From: a virus
DNA length: 5,671 nucleotides
Direction: 5' to 3' (one strand)
Virus record (IMG/VR): IMGVR_UViG_3300045988_012439
Shown here: piece by piece, positions 1 to 5,143 of the stretch
How the letters are laid out: each line of letters starts with the position of its first letter
Numbering within the stretch: position 1 is the stretch's first letter
The notes under the pieces: generated by a model
Databases searched by the model: none
The model's input: only the letters and a program-made list of their open reading frames with translations
Told to the model about the DNA's origin: nothing
Translations under genes and position numbers: made by a program

Positions 1-119
1 ATTTTTTTTGTCACGTATCCTGCAACATATCGATAGGTTTCTGGAACTGCTTGCGCTATCTGTATTTGACCCATTCCCCACAGACCTTCTAGCCATTCAC
101 TGGTATAGTATCCGTTGTG
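1..119. repeat. Terminal redundancy, left copy; identical to 5553-5671 (circular contig overlap)
   Basis: Base-by-base comparison shows 1-119 equals 5553-5671 with no mismatch. The offset of 5552 gives the unit genome length. Confidence 0.97.
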
Positions 120-662
120 ATGAATTTTGTATAGATTTTTTAGGTCTGTTGGTTTCCAGCCGTATAGAATCATGTGATAATGTGGTCTCGCTGTCTGCTC
201 TCCGTACTCACCGGCCACAAAATAGCGTAATTTGCCCCTGTAAGCCTTTCTGAGGCGTTTTAAGAATTTTTGAATATCTTCATACAGCAAAATTTGAACA
301 CTGCTAGGGCGCTTCTCTCCCGGCTTCCACGTGTATTGTACCTTTCGTATGATTTCTCCCGTTTTTACTATCATGCCCGGTACATGTTCATCGTCATAAG
401 TTAGTGTTATAAACCAAACTTCTTCTTTTGGATAGTCTCGCGCTTCTAATTCGATTCTTGTCGTCCAATCTTCCTTTTGCCTGATTCTGCATCCAATACA
501 CTGCCCGCATGGTATTAACATGACTTTCGGATTATACATCAAATCTTCATATTTTAACTGTTTCCCGCTTAATTGAGAAAAGCGGGCGAGAGAATACACC
601 CGCCCGCTGATTTCTTTATTATCCGGGTTGTACAGCCTTATTAATGGCTTGTAACAACTCAT
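1..662 (-). CDS. Replication initiation protein VP4 (HUH rolling-circle endonuclease), 5' part. This covers aa 1-220 of a 339-aa ORF that continues across the circular junction to 5195.
   Basis: Hand translation from ATG 662-660 gives [66 protein letters not shown]... It contains a CGQCIGC cysteine cluster, motif 1 FITLTY (413-396), HUH motif PHYHMILY (HYH at 182-174), and motif 3 YVAGYVTKK with two Tyr spaced i/i+4 (29-6). These match phiX174 gpA and gokushovirus VP4. The frame is continuous with listed ORF 5195..5626 after subtracting 5552. GGTGA lies 8 nt upstream of the ATG. Confidence 0.92.
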   Translation of the reverse strand, partial: MSCYKPLIRLYNPDNKEISGRVYSLARFSQLSGKQLKYEDLMYNPKVMLIPCGQCIGCRIRQKEDWTTRIELEARDYPKEEVWFITLTYDDEHVPGMIVKTGEIIRKVQYTWKPGEKRPSSVQILLYEDIQKFLKRLRKAYRGKLRYFVAGEYGEQTARPHYHMILYGWKPTDLKNLYKIHHNGYYTSEWLEGLWGMGQIQIAQAVPETYRYVAGYVTKK

Positions 663-1522
663 TTCAGGTAATCACCCGGCTTTCTCTTCTCTCCGTATGT
701 TCCTGTCTTATCTTGCGGCTTCATTGCTCTGTTTTCTTTGTTTTCCGGTTTCGGAGTCGGTACTGTCTGTTCGGTCTTTTCCATCTGCTTATAGGTTTTG
801 AGCAAATCTTCTGTCAACTGCACTGGACTACTATATCCTGTGCTCATTTGACTTCCTACGGCTTCTGCTAGCTGATACCATTGTGATTTACTTTCACTGC
901 GGCTGAAATAGCTGTTTGGTACGTTGCCGCTGAGTGTAGATACTCCCAGTGCGCTTGATGCTGGCATTCCCATGCTTGCGCCTGTGATGGTTGCGCCTGA
1001 GCCGCCCGGCGTGCTTGCTCCGCCTTGTGCGTATGCTAGAATCGGATTTAGTCCTGCTTTTCGCATATCTTCAACGGCTCTTTGGTATGCTGTACTGCTC
1101 ATACGCTCTTGAAACTGCCTGTTTGCCAGTGCTTCGCCGCTGTTGTATTGCATTGCGGCGTTGTTCTCGATGTGGTTATAAATGCCTTGCTGAATTGCTG
1201 ATAGCGTATTATAGCCCATCTGCATTAACATATTTTGGCGGTTCGTTTTGCTTTGGAAAGCATTCTGCCCGCCCTGCCATTCATAGTATTTGTTGAGGTA
1301 ATCCATGATTTGCTTGTCGTTTGTTCCTCCTTCGCTCATGGATGCACTTTGTCCTCCGCCTTGGCTTTGGCTCATGTTGCTTCCTTGGCTTTGGCTTTCG
1401 CTTTTCTGTCCAAACATGCTTGACAGTCCGTTCCCTAACAGTGACATACCTGTAGTTACGACTTCTGGATGACTTGCAAGCCACGTTCCGGCATTTGCTA
1501 GCATTGCTCCTAATCCTGCCAT
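659..1522 (-). CDS. Minor capsid / DNA pilot protein VP2 (287 aa)
   Basis: The ORF sits directly downstream of the capsid gene. It has a glycine-rich, hydrophobic N-terminus and an S/Q/G low-complexity tract. The segment [31 protein letters not shown] is one I recognise as typical of gokushovirus VP2. Its stop TGA (661-659) overlaps the Rep ATG (662-660) as ATGA. Confidence 0.85.
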   Translation of the reverse strand: MAGLGAMLANAGTWLASHPEVVTTGMSLLGNGLSSMFGQKSESQSQGSNMSQSQGGGQSASMSEGGTNDKQIMDYLNKYYEWQGGQNAFQSKTNRQNMLMQMGYNTLSAIQQGIYNHIENNAAMQYNSGEALANRQFQERMSSTAYQRAVEDMRKAGLNPILAYAQGGASTPGGSGATITGASMGMPASSALGVSTLSGNVPNSYFSRSESKSQWYQLAEAVGSQMSTGYSSPVQLTEDLLKTYKQMEKTEQTVPTPKPENKENRAMKPQDKTGTYGEKRKPGDYLK

Positions 1523-1532
1523 ATTCTAAAAT

Positions 1533-1552
1533 AGCCCGCATTTCTGCGGGCT
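1533..1552 (-). promoter_or_regulatory. Intergenic VP1-VP2 stem-loop (8-bp stem, GAAA loop on the mRNA strand). Candidate leaky terminator or mRNA stabiliser, and a split-RBS element.
   Basis: On the minus strand, AGCCCGCA-GAAA-TGCGGGCT is a perfect 8-bp stem with a GNRA-type tetraloop. It is preceded by AAGGAGGA (1560-1553) and followed by ATTTTAGAAT, then the VP2 ATG at 1522. Confidence 0.6.
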
Positions 1553-1563
1553 TCCTCCTTTCT

Positions 1564-3237
1564 TTACAGCTTTTCCAGGCCCGGCACGCTGTACAGCGGC
1601 ATGCAACGAGTGGTTTTGTTCATTACTCGGATTGCTCCAAAGAACTGCGGTTCATTCTGCACAATCAAAGTTCTTTCAATTTCGGTTTTGCTTTCTTTCA
1701 TCCACTCTTGACTGAGTGTCGGCACGTCGCTGTAGTTGTCTGCATAGTGCCAGAAGTCCATTGTTCCTTCTGCATTGCTTCGCATTTTACCGCTTACCCG
1801 GTTTGGCTTCATTCGATAGTCGGCCCAAGCTTCCTGGTAACCGAATACTTCTTCATCTGTTGCCTTTCCTGTAGCCATGATTTCTTTCTTCTTTACTGGC
1901 TGCTCCCCCAAATTTGCGAATTGCGGGAAGTAGTAGTCTAGCCTGTCTGAACGGCTCCAAAACCGTTCAAGTCCCTGCTGATAACTGTGATTGTGACGTA
2001 CACACATAACACCGATAACGAAGCCGTGCTCCTCAAAGCTCTTTGTGAAGGAACTTTCATTGACAGGAGTAACAGACATTGCACCCGTTTCACCAATAGG
2101 CGTGTCGTTTTGGTTCTGCTGTCCACTGGTCTGCACGATTTGGTTCATGTTGACGTGATAGCGTCCACCACCTAAATATTCTGGAATCTGAACAGTTTTG
2201 TCACTGATGCTTACGCCAAACAGTGCCCTCACCTGTTCACGGTATCTACTACCGCCACGTGCCAGCGCTTCATAATAGTGTTGTACTGCAAATGCTTGGC
2301 GTAACTGGTTGATTGTTGTCGCTTCGATGTTTTGAAGGTCTGCACCCATGTATTTATATGGGATTCCTTGGTCGAATATATCTTTGCCGGCCACTTCTGT
2401 TGCGTCTGTTGCACTTGCTTCAAGCTTGCCTAGTTCGTTTCCCAGATAGATACTACCGAAATATGGTTCTGTCATTTCTCTGTTGTCGAATATTTTTACA
2501 GGTGCATTTCCGTTTAGTGCGATCGTCACTTCCGGCCCGCGTTGAGGATACGGTAGACAGCTTGTGAAATAGTCGTGGAATTTGTTTACCGGTAGGCAGT
2601 ATCCGCCATGGATAGCATACTTGAGAAGTTTATCTTCGGTTAGGTCGCTTTCATTTGCGCTTCCTGCCGCGTATTCGATGTCGTCGTCTCCTGTACTGAA
2701 TACTGCCGGGTTTCCTACGTTTTGGTCTCTGAAAAATTCATTCCAGATTTTAACGTATGCTCTGACGGGTAGCGCGTTTATATCTATTTCTCCCGTTTCT
2801 CCCGTTTTGATAATTTTTGTCGGGACTCCCATATAGTCCAGAATGCTGTTTGTGTCTGGATATGGTCTTTTTGCTCCACCTACATCGTTAAAGATTTTGA
2901 TACTTGGCACTTTGTATGTTTTTGTTGGCATCCATGGTGCATTGTCTGCTTCTCCCATGAACTGTTTGAAGTTGTCCCACAGGATTCTGTTTGGGCAGAA
3001 GAAGTAGTAGAAGTCAATGTATGCATCATCAAATACTGGATATTTTGGCGTTGTCATTCGGATGATCGCCGCCGTGTTTACGTTGAAAGTGTCGCCGGGA
3101 AGGACTTCGTCAACGTAGAACGGAATTAGTTTTCCTGAATCGAAAGTTGTGAGGATATTTTGATCTCGATTGAATCGTGTTCTACTGACGTGCGTTTCCG
3201 GTACTTGATTGAAGTGCCTCTCATTATTCCGGTTCAT
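1564..3237 (-). CDS. Major capsid protein VP1 (F-like, 557 aa)
   Basis: This is the largest ORF. The N-terminus MNRNNERHFNQVPETHVSRTRFNRDQNILTTFDSGKLIPFYVDEVLPGDTF fits the conserved Microviridae capsid N-terminal pattern, and the size is typical of gokushovirus VP1. GGAGG lies 6 nt upstream of ATG 3237. Confidence 0.93.
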   Translation of the reverse strand: MNRNNERHFNQVPETHVSRTRFNRDQNILTTFDSGKLIPFYVDEVLPGDTFNVNTAAIIRMTTPKYPVFDDAYIDFYYFFCPNRILWDNFKQFMGEADNAPWMPTKTYKVPSIKIFNDVGGAKRPYPDTNSILDYMGVPTKIIKTGETGEIDINALPVRAYVKIWNEFFRDQNVGNPAVFSTGDDDIEYAAGSANESDLTEDKLLKYAIHGGYCLPVNKFHDYFTSCLPYPQRGPEVTIALNGNAPVKIFDNREMTEPYFGSIYLGNELGKLEASATDATEVAGKDIFDQGIPYKYMGADLQNIEATTINQLRQAFAVQHYYEALARGGSRYREQVRALFGVSISDKTVQIPEYLGGGRYHVNMNQIVQTSGQQNQNDTPIGETGAMSVTPVNESSFTKSFEEHGFVIGVMCVRHNHSYQQGLERFWSRSDRLDYYFPQFANLGEQPVKKKEIMATGKATDEEVFGYQEAWADYRMKPNRVSGKMRSNAEGTMDFWHYADNYSDVPTLSQEWMKESKTEIERTLIVQNEPQFFGAIRVMNKTTRCMPLYSVPGLEKL

Positions 3238-3628
3238 TGCTTTCCTCCTTCTTCTTTGGTTCGTTTGGTTCTTTTGCTTTCTTTTCCTGCATCTGCTGTA
3301 GTTCCATTGCTTTGGCCTGTGCTGTTGCTATCATTGTGTGGTATTCGTGGATGTTGGTAGGCCATTCGGTGATATCTATGGTTTCGTCTGTTTTTGCACT
3401 GTCTGCAAGACTTTTTGCAAATTCCGGGTCAAAGCTTGCTTTGCGGACGATGTTTTTGATGTCACATTCGTCTGCATAGCTTTCAATTTCTGCTTGAATG
3501 TCGATTGGCTCCGTCTCGATTAGCTTCTTTTTGCCATTTTCGTCCTTGCCCCAGACGTATTGTTTGCGGAATTTTTCACCTGTGTCTGAAAGGAAGGGCT
3601 TTCGCCCTTCCTCGTATCGTTTATTCAT
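3224..3628 (-). CDS. Putative internal scaffolding protein VP3 (134 aa from ATG 3628; the longest ORF starts at 3685)
   Basis: The position is immediately upstream of VP1, overlapping it by 14 nt. The size, acidic composition and the motif YADECDIKNIVRK resemble the ECDINNIV-type motif I recall in gokushovirus VP3. ATG 3628 has GGGAGGG 9 nt upstream and overlaps the stop of the preceding ORF (ATGAATAA). ATG 3685 has no SD. Confidence 0.65.
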   Translation of the reverse strand: MNKRYEEGRKPFLSDTGEKFRKQYVWGKDENGKKKLIETEPIDIQAEIESYADECDIKNIVRKASFDPEFAKSLADSAKTDETIDITEWPTNIHEYHTMIATAQAKAMELQQMQEKKAKEPNEPKKKEESNEPE

Positions 3629-3863
3629 GCGGTTTGCCCTCCCATACCTTTTCCGGTTCGATGCTGGTGAACGTGCCGTTTTCATCGTTGAAGTTTGCTA
3701 CGTGGTATGCTTTGTAGTCCTCGGGTGACTGGCCCAAGAATGTCTTTTCATCTTTTTCCATGATATTGCACATTCGTGCGAAGGTTTCGTTGCTCTTGCT
3801 TTCACCAATGTAGCAGTAGCTCTTTGCTACCTTGTCGTAGATGCCGTAGTAGTTGTGAATCAT
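3621..3863 (-). CDS. Small conserved non-structural protein (80 aa), possibly VP5-like; function unknown
   Basis: AAGGAG lies 7 nt upstream of ATG 3863. The gene is packed between neighbours. The pattern YGIYD-KA-SY ... ARM ... SPEDYKAYHVANFNDENGTF resembles a small protein family I recall from gut Microviridae (S/PEDY/F-L-IG-FD-TG). This is unverified. Confidence 0.65.
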   Translation of the reverse strand: MIHNYYGIYDKVAKSYCYIGESKSNETFARMCNIMEKDEKTFLGQSPEDYKAYHVANFNDENGTFTSIEPEKVWEGKPHE

Positions 3864-3875
3864 GGTTTTTCTCCT

Positions 3876-3995
3876 TTACAGTCGGATGCCGCCCCGCATG
3901 GGTTTCTGGCTCAAGTTGATACTCTTCGTTTTTCGTGCCGTTACGTTGAACATTCGCTTGTCAGTTTTTGCGGGCATTCTCTGTCTATGCTTCAT
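3876..3995 (-). CDS. Small basic DNA-binding/packaging protein (39 aa; J-like / gokushovirus ORF8-like). Not in the supplied ORF track.
   Basis: Hand translation gives MKHRQRMPAKTDKRMFNVTARKTKSINLSQKPMRGGIRL-stop. It has 12 K/R against 1 acidic residue. The C-terminal MRGGIRL is the ending I recall for gokushovirus ORF8-type proteins. AAGGGAG lies 7 nt upstream of ATG 3995. It overlaps the preceding ORF by 11 nt, and its stop is followed by the SD of the next gene. Confidence 0.75.
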   Translation of the reverse strand: MKHRQRMPAKTDKRMFNVTARKTKSINLSQKPMRGGIRL

Positions 3996-4206
3996 TGTTG
4001 TACTCCCTTCGTATCAGTTCCAGTTGGATATCGTTTGCCCATTTTTTCATTATCCAGATTCGGTCAATCATTTTTTTTGCGTCCTCAATGTTGGATATTT
4101 TTTTGAGCATTTTATAGCCGGCTTCGATTTCTCTGTATAACTTATCTGCTTCAATTCGTAAATCTTTTTCGGTCTGGTCTCTGACGTTCCATGTCTTATG
4201 CAACAT
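3985..4206 (-). CDS. Hypothetical protein (73 aa), charged and predicted helical
   Basis: The ORF is on the same strand and fills the gap exactly between neighbouring genes. AGGAGGAG lies ~11 nt upstream of ATG 4206. I recognise no motif. Confidence 0.6.
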   Translation of the reverse strand: MLHKTWNVRDQTEKDLRIEADKLYREIEAGYKMLKKISNIEDAKKMIDRIWIMKKWANDIQLELIRREYNNEA

Positions 4207-4211
4207 TGTCT

Positions 4212-4316
4212 TTACTTCTCCTCCTTCAGAATGTGGTAAATCTGGTCCAGCTTCTCAAGTACAGTTTTAATCAGCTGGATTGCTTCCCGCATGTCTTTGA
4301 TTCTAATCAGTGCCAT
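4212..4316 (-). CDS. Hypothetical micro-protein (34 aa), amphipathic helix. Not in the supplied ORF track.
   Basis: Hand translation gives MALIRIKDMREAIQLIKTVLEKLDQIYHILKEEK-stop. AGGGGGTG lies 6 nt upstream of ATG 4316. It starts 3 nt after the peptidase stop, and its stop is 5 nt before the next ATG. It is short, so the coding call rests on packing and the SD only. Confidence 0.5.
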   Translation of the reverse strand: MALIRIKDMREAIQLIKTVLEKLDQIYHILKEEK

Positions 4317-4319
4317 TGA

Positions 4320-4703
4320 CTACACCCCCTTTCTGTATCGTTCTTCACGCACATCCACGTGCGTAAAATTTGTGTATCTGATTACTCCGCCCTGTTTCAT
4401 AATGCTGTCTGCGTATTTTGCGACTTCTCTGCTGCTGTGTCCTTTCACTATGATATCTGCTGCCATTCCTTTGCAGTGGTAACTGTTTGAGCTTCCATTT
4501 ACTTTGCTGTTCCAGCTTGGTGTTCTGTATCCGCTGTTGATGATGACCGGTGCGTTGAAGTGACTTCTGATTGTTTCCAAGACTTCGAGTAGTTCAGGTG
4601 CCCATAAGAATTCTTTTGTTTTGTCTTTGCATCTAAACTCCTTTGCTTTGAAGTGCTGCGTTAATTGGTCGTTGTTTGTTTGGTTTAAGATTGCTGTACT
4701 CAT
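4320..4703 (-). CDS. Zinc D,D- or L,D-peptidase, M15 family (Peptidase_M15_3/M15A-like); putative endolysin (127 aa from ATG 4703)
   Basis: The motifs are SGYRTPSWN, SYHCKGMAAD (H-x6-D, with His at 4478-4476 and Asp at 4457-4455) and THVD (His at 4361-4359). Together these are the LAS/M15 zinc-ligand arrangement. ATG 4703 has AGGTGA 7 nt upstream and lies just downstream of the promoter. The listed 154-aa version begins at a TTG upstream of the -10 box. Confidence 0.85.
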   Translation of the reverse strand: MSTAILNQTNNDQLTQHFKAKEFRCKDKTKEFLWAPELLEVLETIRSHFNAPVIINSGYRTPSWNSKVNGSSNSYHCKGMAADIIVKGHSSREVAKYADSIMKQGGVIRYTNFTHVDVREERYRKGV

Positions 4704-4725
4704 TTTTTTATCACCTTTCGTTTTT

Positions 4726-4754
4726 TTTATATCATGCCCGGCTTGATAAGTCAA
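4726..4754 (-). promoter_or_regulatory. Sigma70/SigA-type promoter for the whole gene block. It has -35 TTGACT (4754-4749), a 17-bp spacer, and an extended -10 TGaTATAAA (4734-4726).
   Basis: Read directly on the minus strand: TTGACTtatcaagccgggcaTGaTATAAA. There is an A/T-rich UP-like tract upstream (4755-4778). The SD and ATG of the first gene lie ~10-25 nt downstream. Confidence 0.75.
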
Positions 4755-4807
4755 GGGTTTTTGAAAAAAACTTTTGACGTTCAAGTCGGATGCCCGCGGC
4801 AGGCGTT

Positions 4808-4909
4808 TTCAACATTTTCAACATAGTTTTCAACATTTCAACATTGTTAAACTTTAACACAACAGAGTGTTTCAACATTTCAACAAGTTTTCAACAAATC
4901 TTTCAACAT
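4808..4909 (+). repeat. Iteron-like array of eight direct copies of TTCAACA(T/A), arranged as two clusters of four
   Basis: Copies lie at 4808-4815, 4817-4824, 4829-4836, 4837-4844, 4871-4878, 4879-4886 (..AA), 4890-4897 (..AA) and 4902-4909. All have the same orientation. A degenerate copy, TTCAACTT, lies at 4956-4963. Confidence 0.9.
4845..4859. repeat. 15-bp palindrome TGTTAAA-C-TTTAACA between the two iteron clusters
   Basis: Perfect 7+1+7 dyad symmetry, read directly. Confidence 0.85.
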
Positions 4910-4916
4910 TCTTTTT

Positions 4917-4954
4917 AGTGCTTTTTCTTCGTACCAACGTAAAGAAAAAGCACT
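4917..4954. other. AT-rich stem-loop (13-bp perfect stem plus 3 bp after a 2-nt bulge, 4-nt loop)
   Basis: AGTGCTTTTTCTT (4917-4929) pairs with AAGAAAAAGCACT (4942-4954). CGT (4930-4932) pairs with ACG (4937-4939). The loop is ACCA. Confidence 0.8.
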
Positions 4955-4961
4955 TTTCAAC

Positions 4962-4970
4962 TTTTCCACA
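4962..4970 (+). promoter_or_regulatory. DnaA-box-like 9-mer TTTTCCACA
   Basis: It fits the relaxed consensus TTWTNCACA at all constrained positions and lies in the non-coding region next to the iteron array. A single such match has an appreciable chance expectation (~0.3 per genome). Confidence 0.35.
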
Positions 4971-5073
4971 TACTCTACTACTACGACTACAACAAGTTAT
5001 ATAATAAAGGCAAAGCGCTATCCCTTGAAGCGAAGCGAATAGGGATTACAGGGTAGAACGTACTCCCTATTTT

Positions 5074-5116
5074 ACCGTGCGCGTGTACGTGCGTTTCGCG
5101 CGTGCGCGTGCGCGGT
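5074..5116. repeat. GC-rich alternating pyrimidine-purine tract (19 nt + 18 nt, Z-DNA-prone). It contains the 10-bp direct repeat CGTGCGCGTG (5076-5085 and 5101-5110) and folds as an imperfect hairpin.
   Basis: 5076-5094 and 5097-5114 alternate strictly Y-R. Pairing i+j=5190 gives 14 Watson-Crick plus 5 G-T pairs around a TTT/GTTTC loop. Confidence 0.85.
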
Positions 5117-5143
5117 CTAACGCCTTAAGAATACGCTTAAATC

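Noticed and set aside
1281-1541. 86-aa very basic ORF overlapping the VP2 5' region in another frame, starting at an ATG with GGAGG 12 nt upstream
   Set aside because: Its K/R/P-rich composition is what the repetitive S/Q/G codons of VP2 give when read out of frame. Its ATG sits inside the 1533-1552 hairpin, and the SD spacing is long. Overlapping genes do occur in microviruses, so it is not impossible, but the sequence gives no positive support.
3629-3685. Longer VP3 start at ATG 3685 (153 aa)
   Set aside because: There is no SD upstream and it would overlap the 80-aa ORF by 65 nt. ATG 3628 has GGGAGGG upstream and a coupled stop/start arrangement. The longer form cannot be excluded without experimental data.
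3880-3890. 11-mer AGTCGGATGCC present twice (3880-3890, at the 3' end of the 39-aa gene, and 4784-4794, upstream of the promoter). This might be a remnant duplication of the GIRL-encoding gene end.
   Set aside because: Identity does not extend beyond 11 nt on either side. A few 11-mer repeats are expected by chance in a 5.5-kb genome.
4050-4058. TTATCCAGA, a near-DnaA box inside the 73-aa ORF
   Set aside because: It has one mismatch at a conserved position, is a single copy, and lies in coding sequence. This is consistent with chance.
4704-4784. N-terminal extension of the peptidase (154-aa version in the ORF track)
   Set aside because: That version starts at a TTG with no SD and would begin upstream of the -35/-10 promoter elements (4754-4726). 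ATG 4703 has AGGTGA at 7 nt and lies downstream of the promoter.
4808-4909. The repeat array as a CRISPR array
   Set aside because: The repeat units are only 8 bp with 0-26 bp between them. That is far below CRISPR repeat and spacer sizes, and there are no cas genes or leader.
4971-4996. Trinucleotide-like run TACTCTACTACTACGACTACAACAAG
   Set aside because: It is short and imperfect, has no flanking ORF, and is treated as low-complexity spacer only.
5000-5005. A perfect TATAAT on the plus strand, which might drive a ~60-nt plus-strand small RNA ending at the 5039-5070 hairpin plus TTT
   Set aside because: There is no acceptable -35 (ACTACT at the 17-bp position) and no TG extension. The putative terminator stem is only 7 bp with an 18-nt loop. 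AT-rich non-coding DNA produces such hexamers easily.
5011-5116. A possible tRNA or other structured RNA gene in the hairpin-rich part of the non-coding region
   Set aside because: I could not build a cloverleaf. There is no acceptor/T-arm pairing and no GTTC-type T-loop. The region also lies between the terminator and the promoter.
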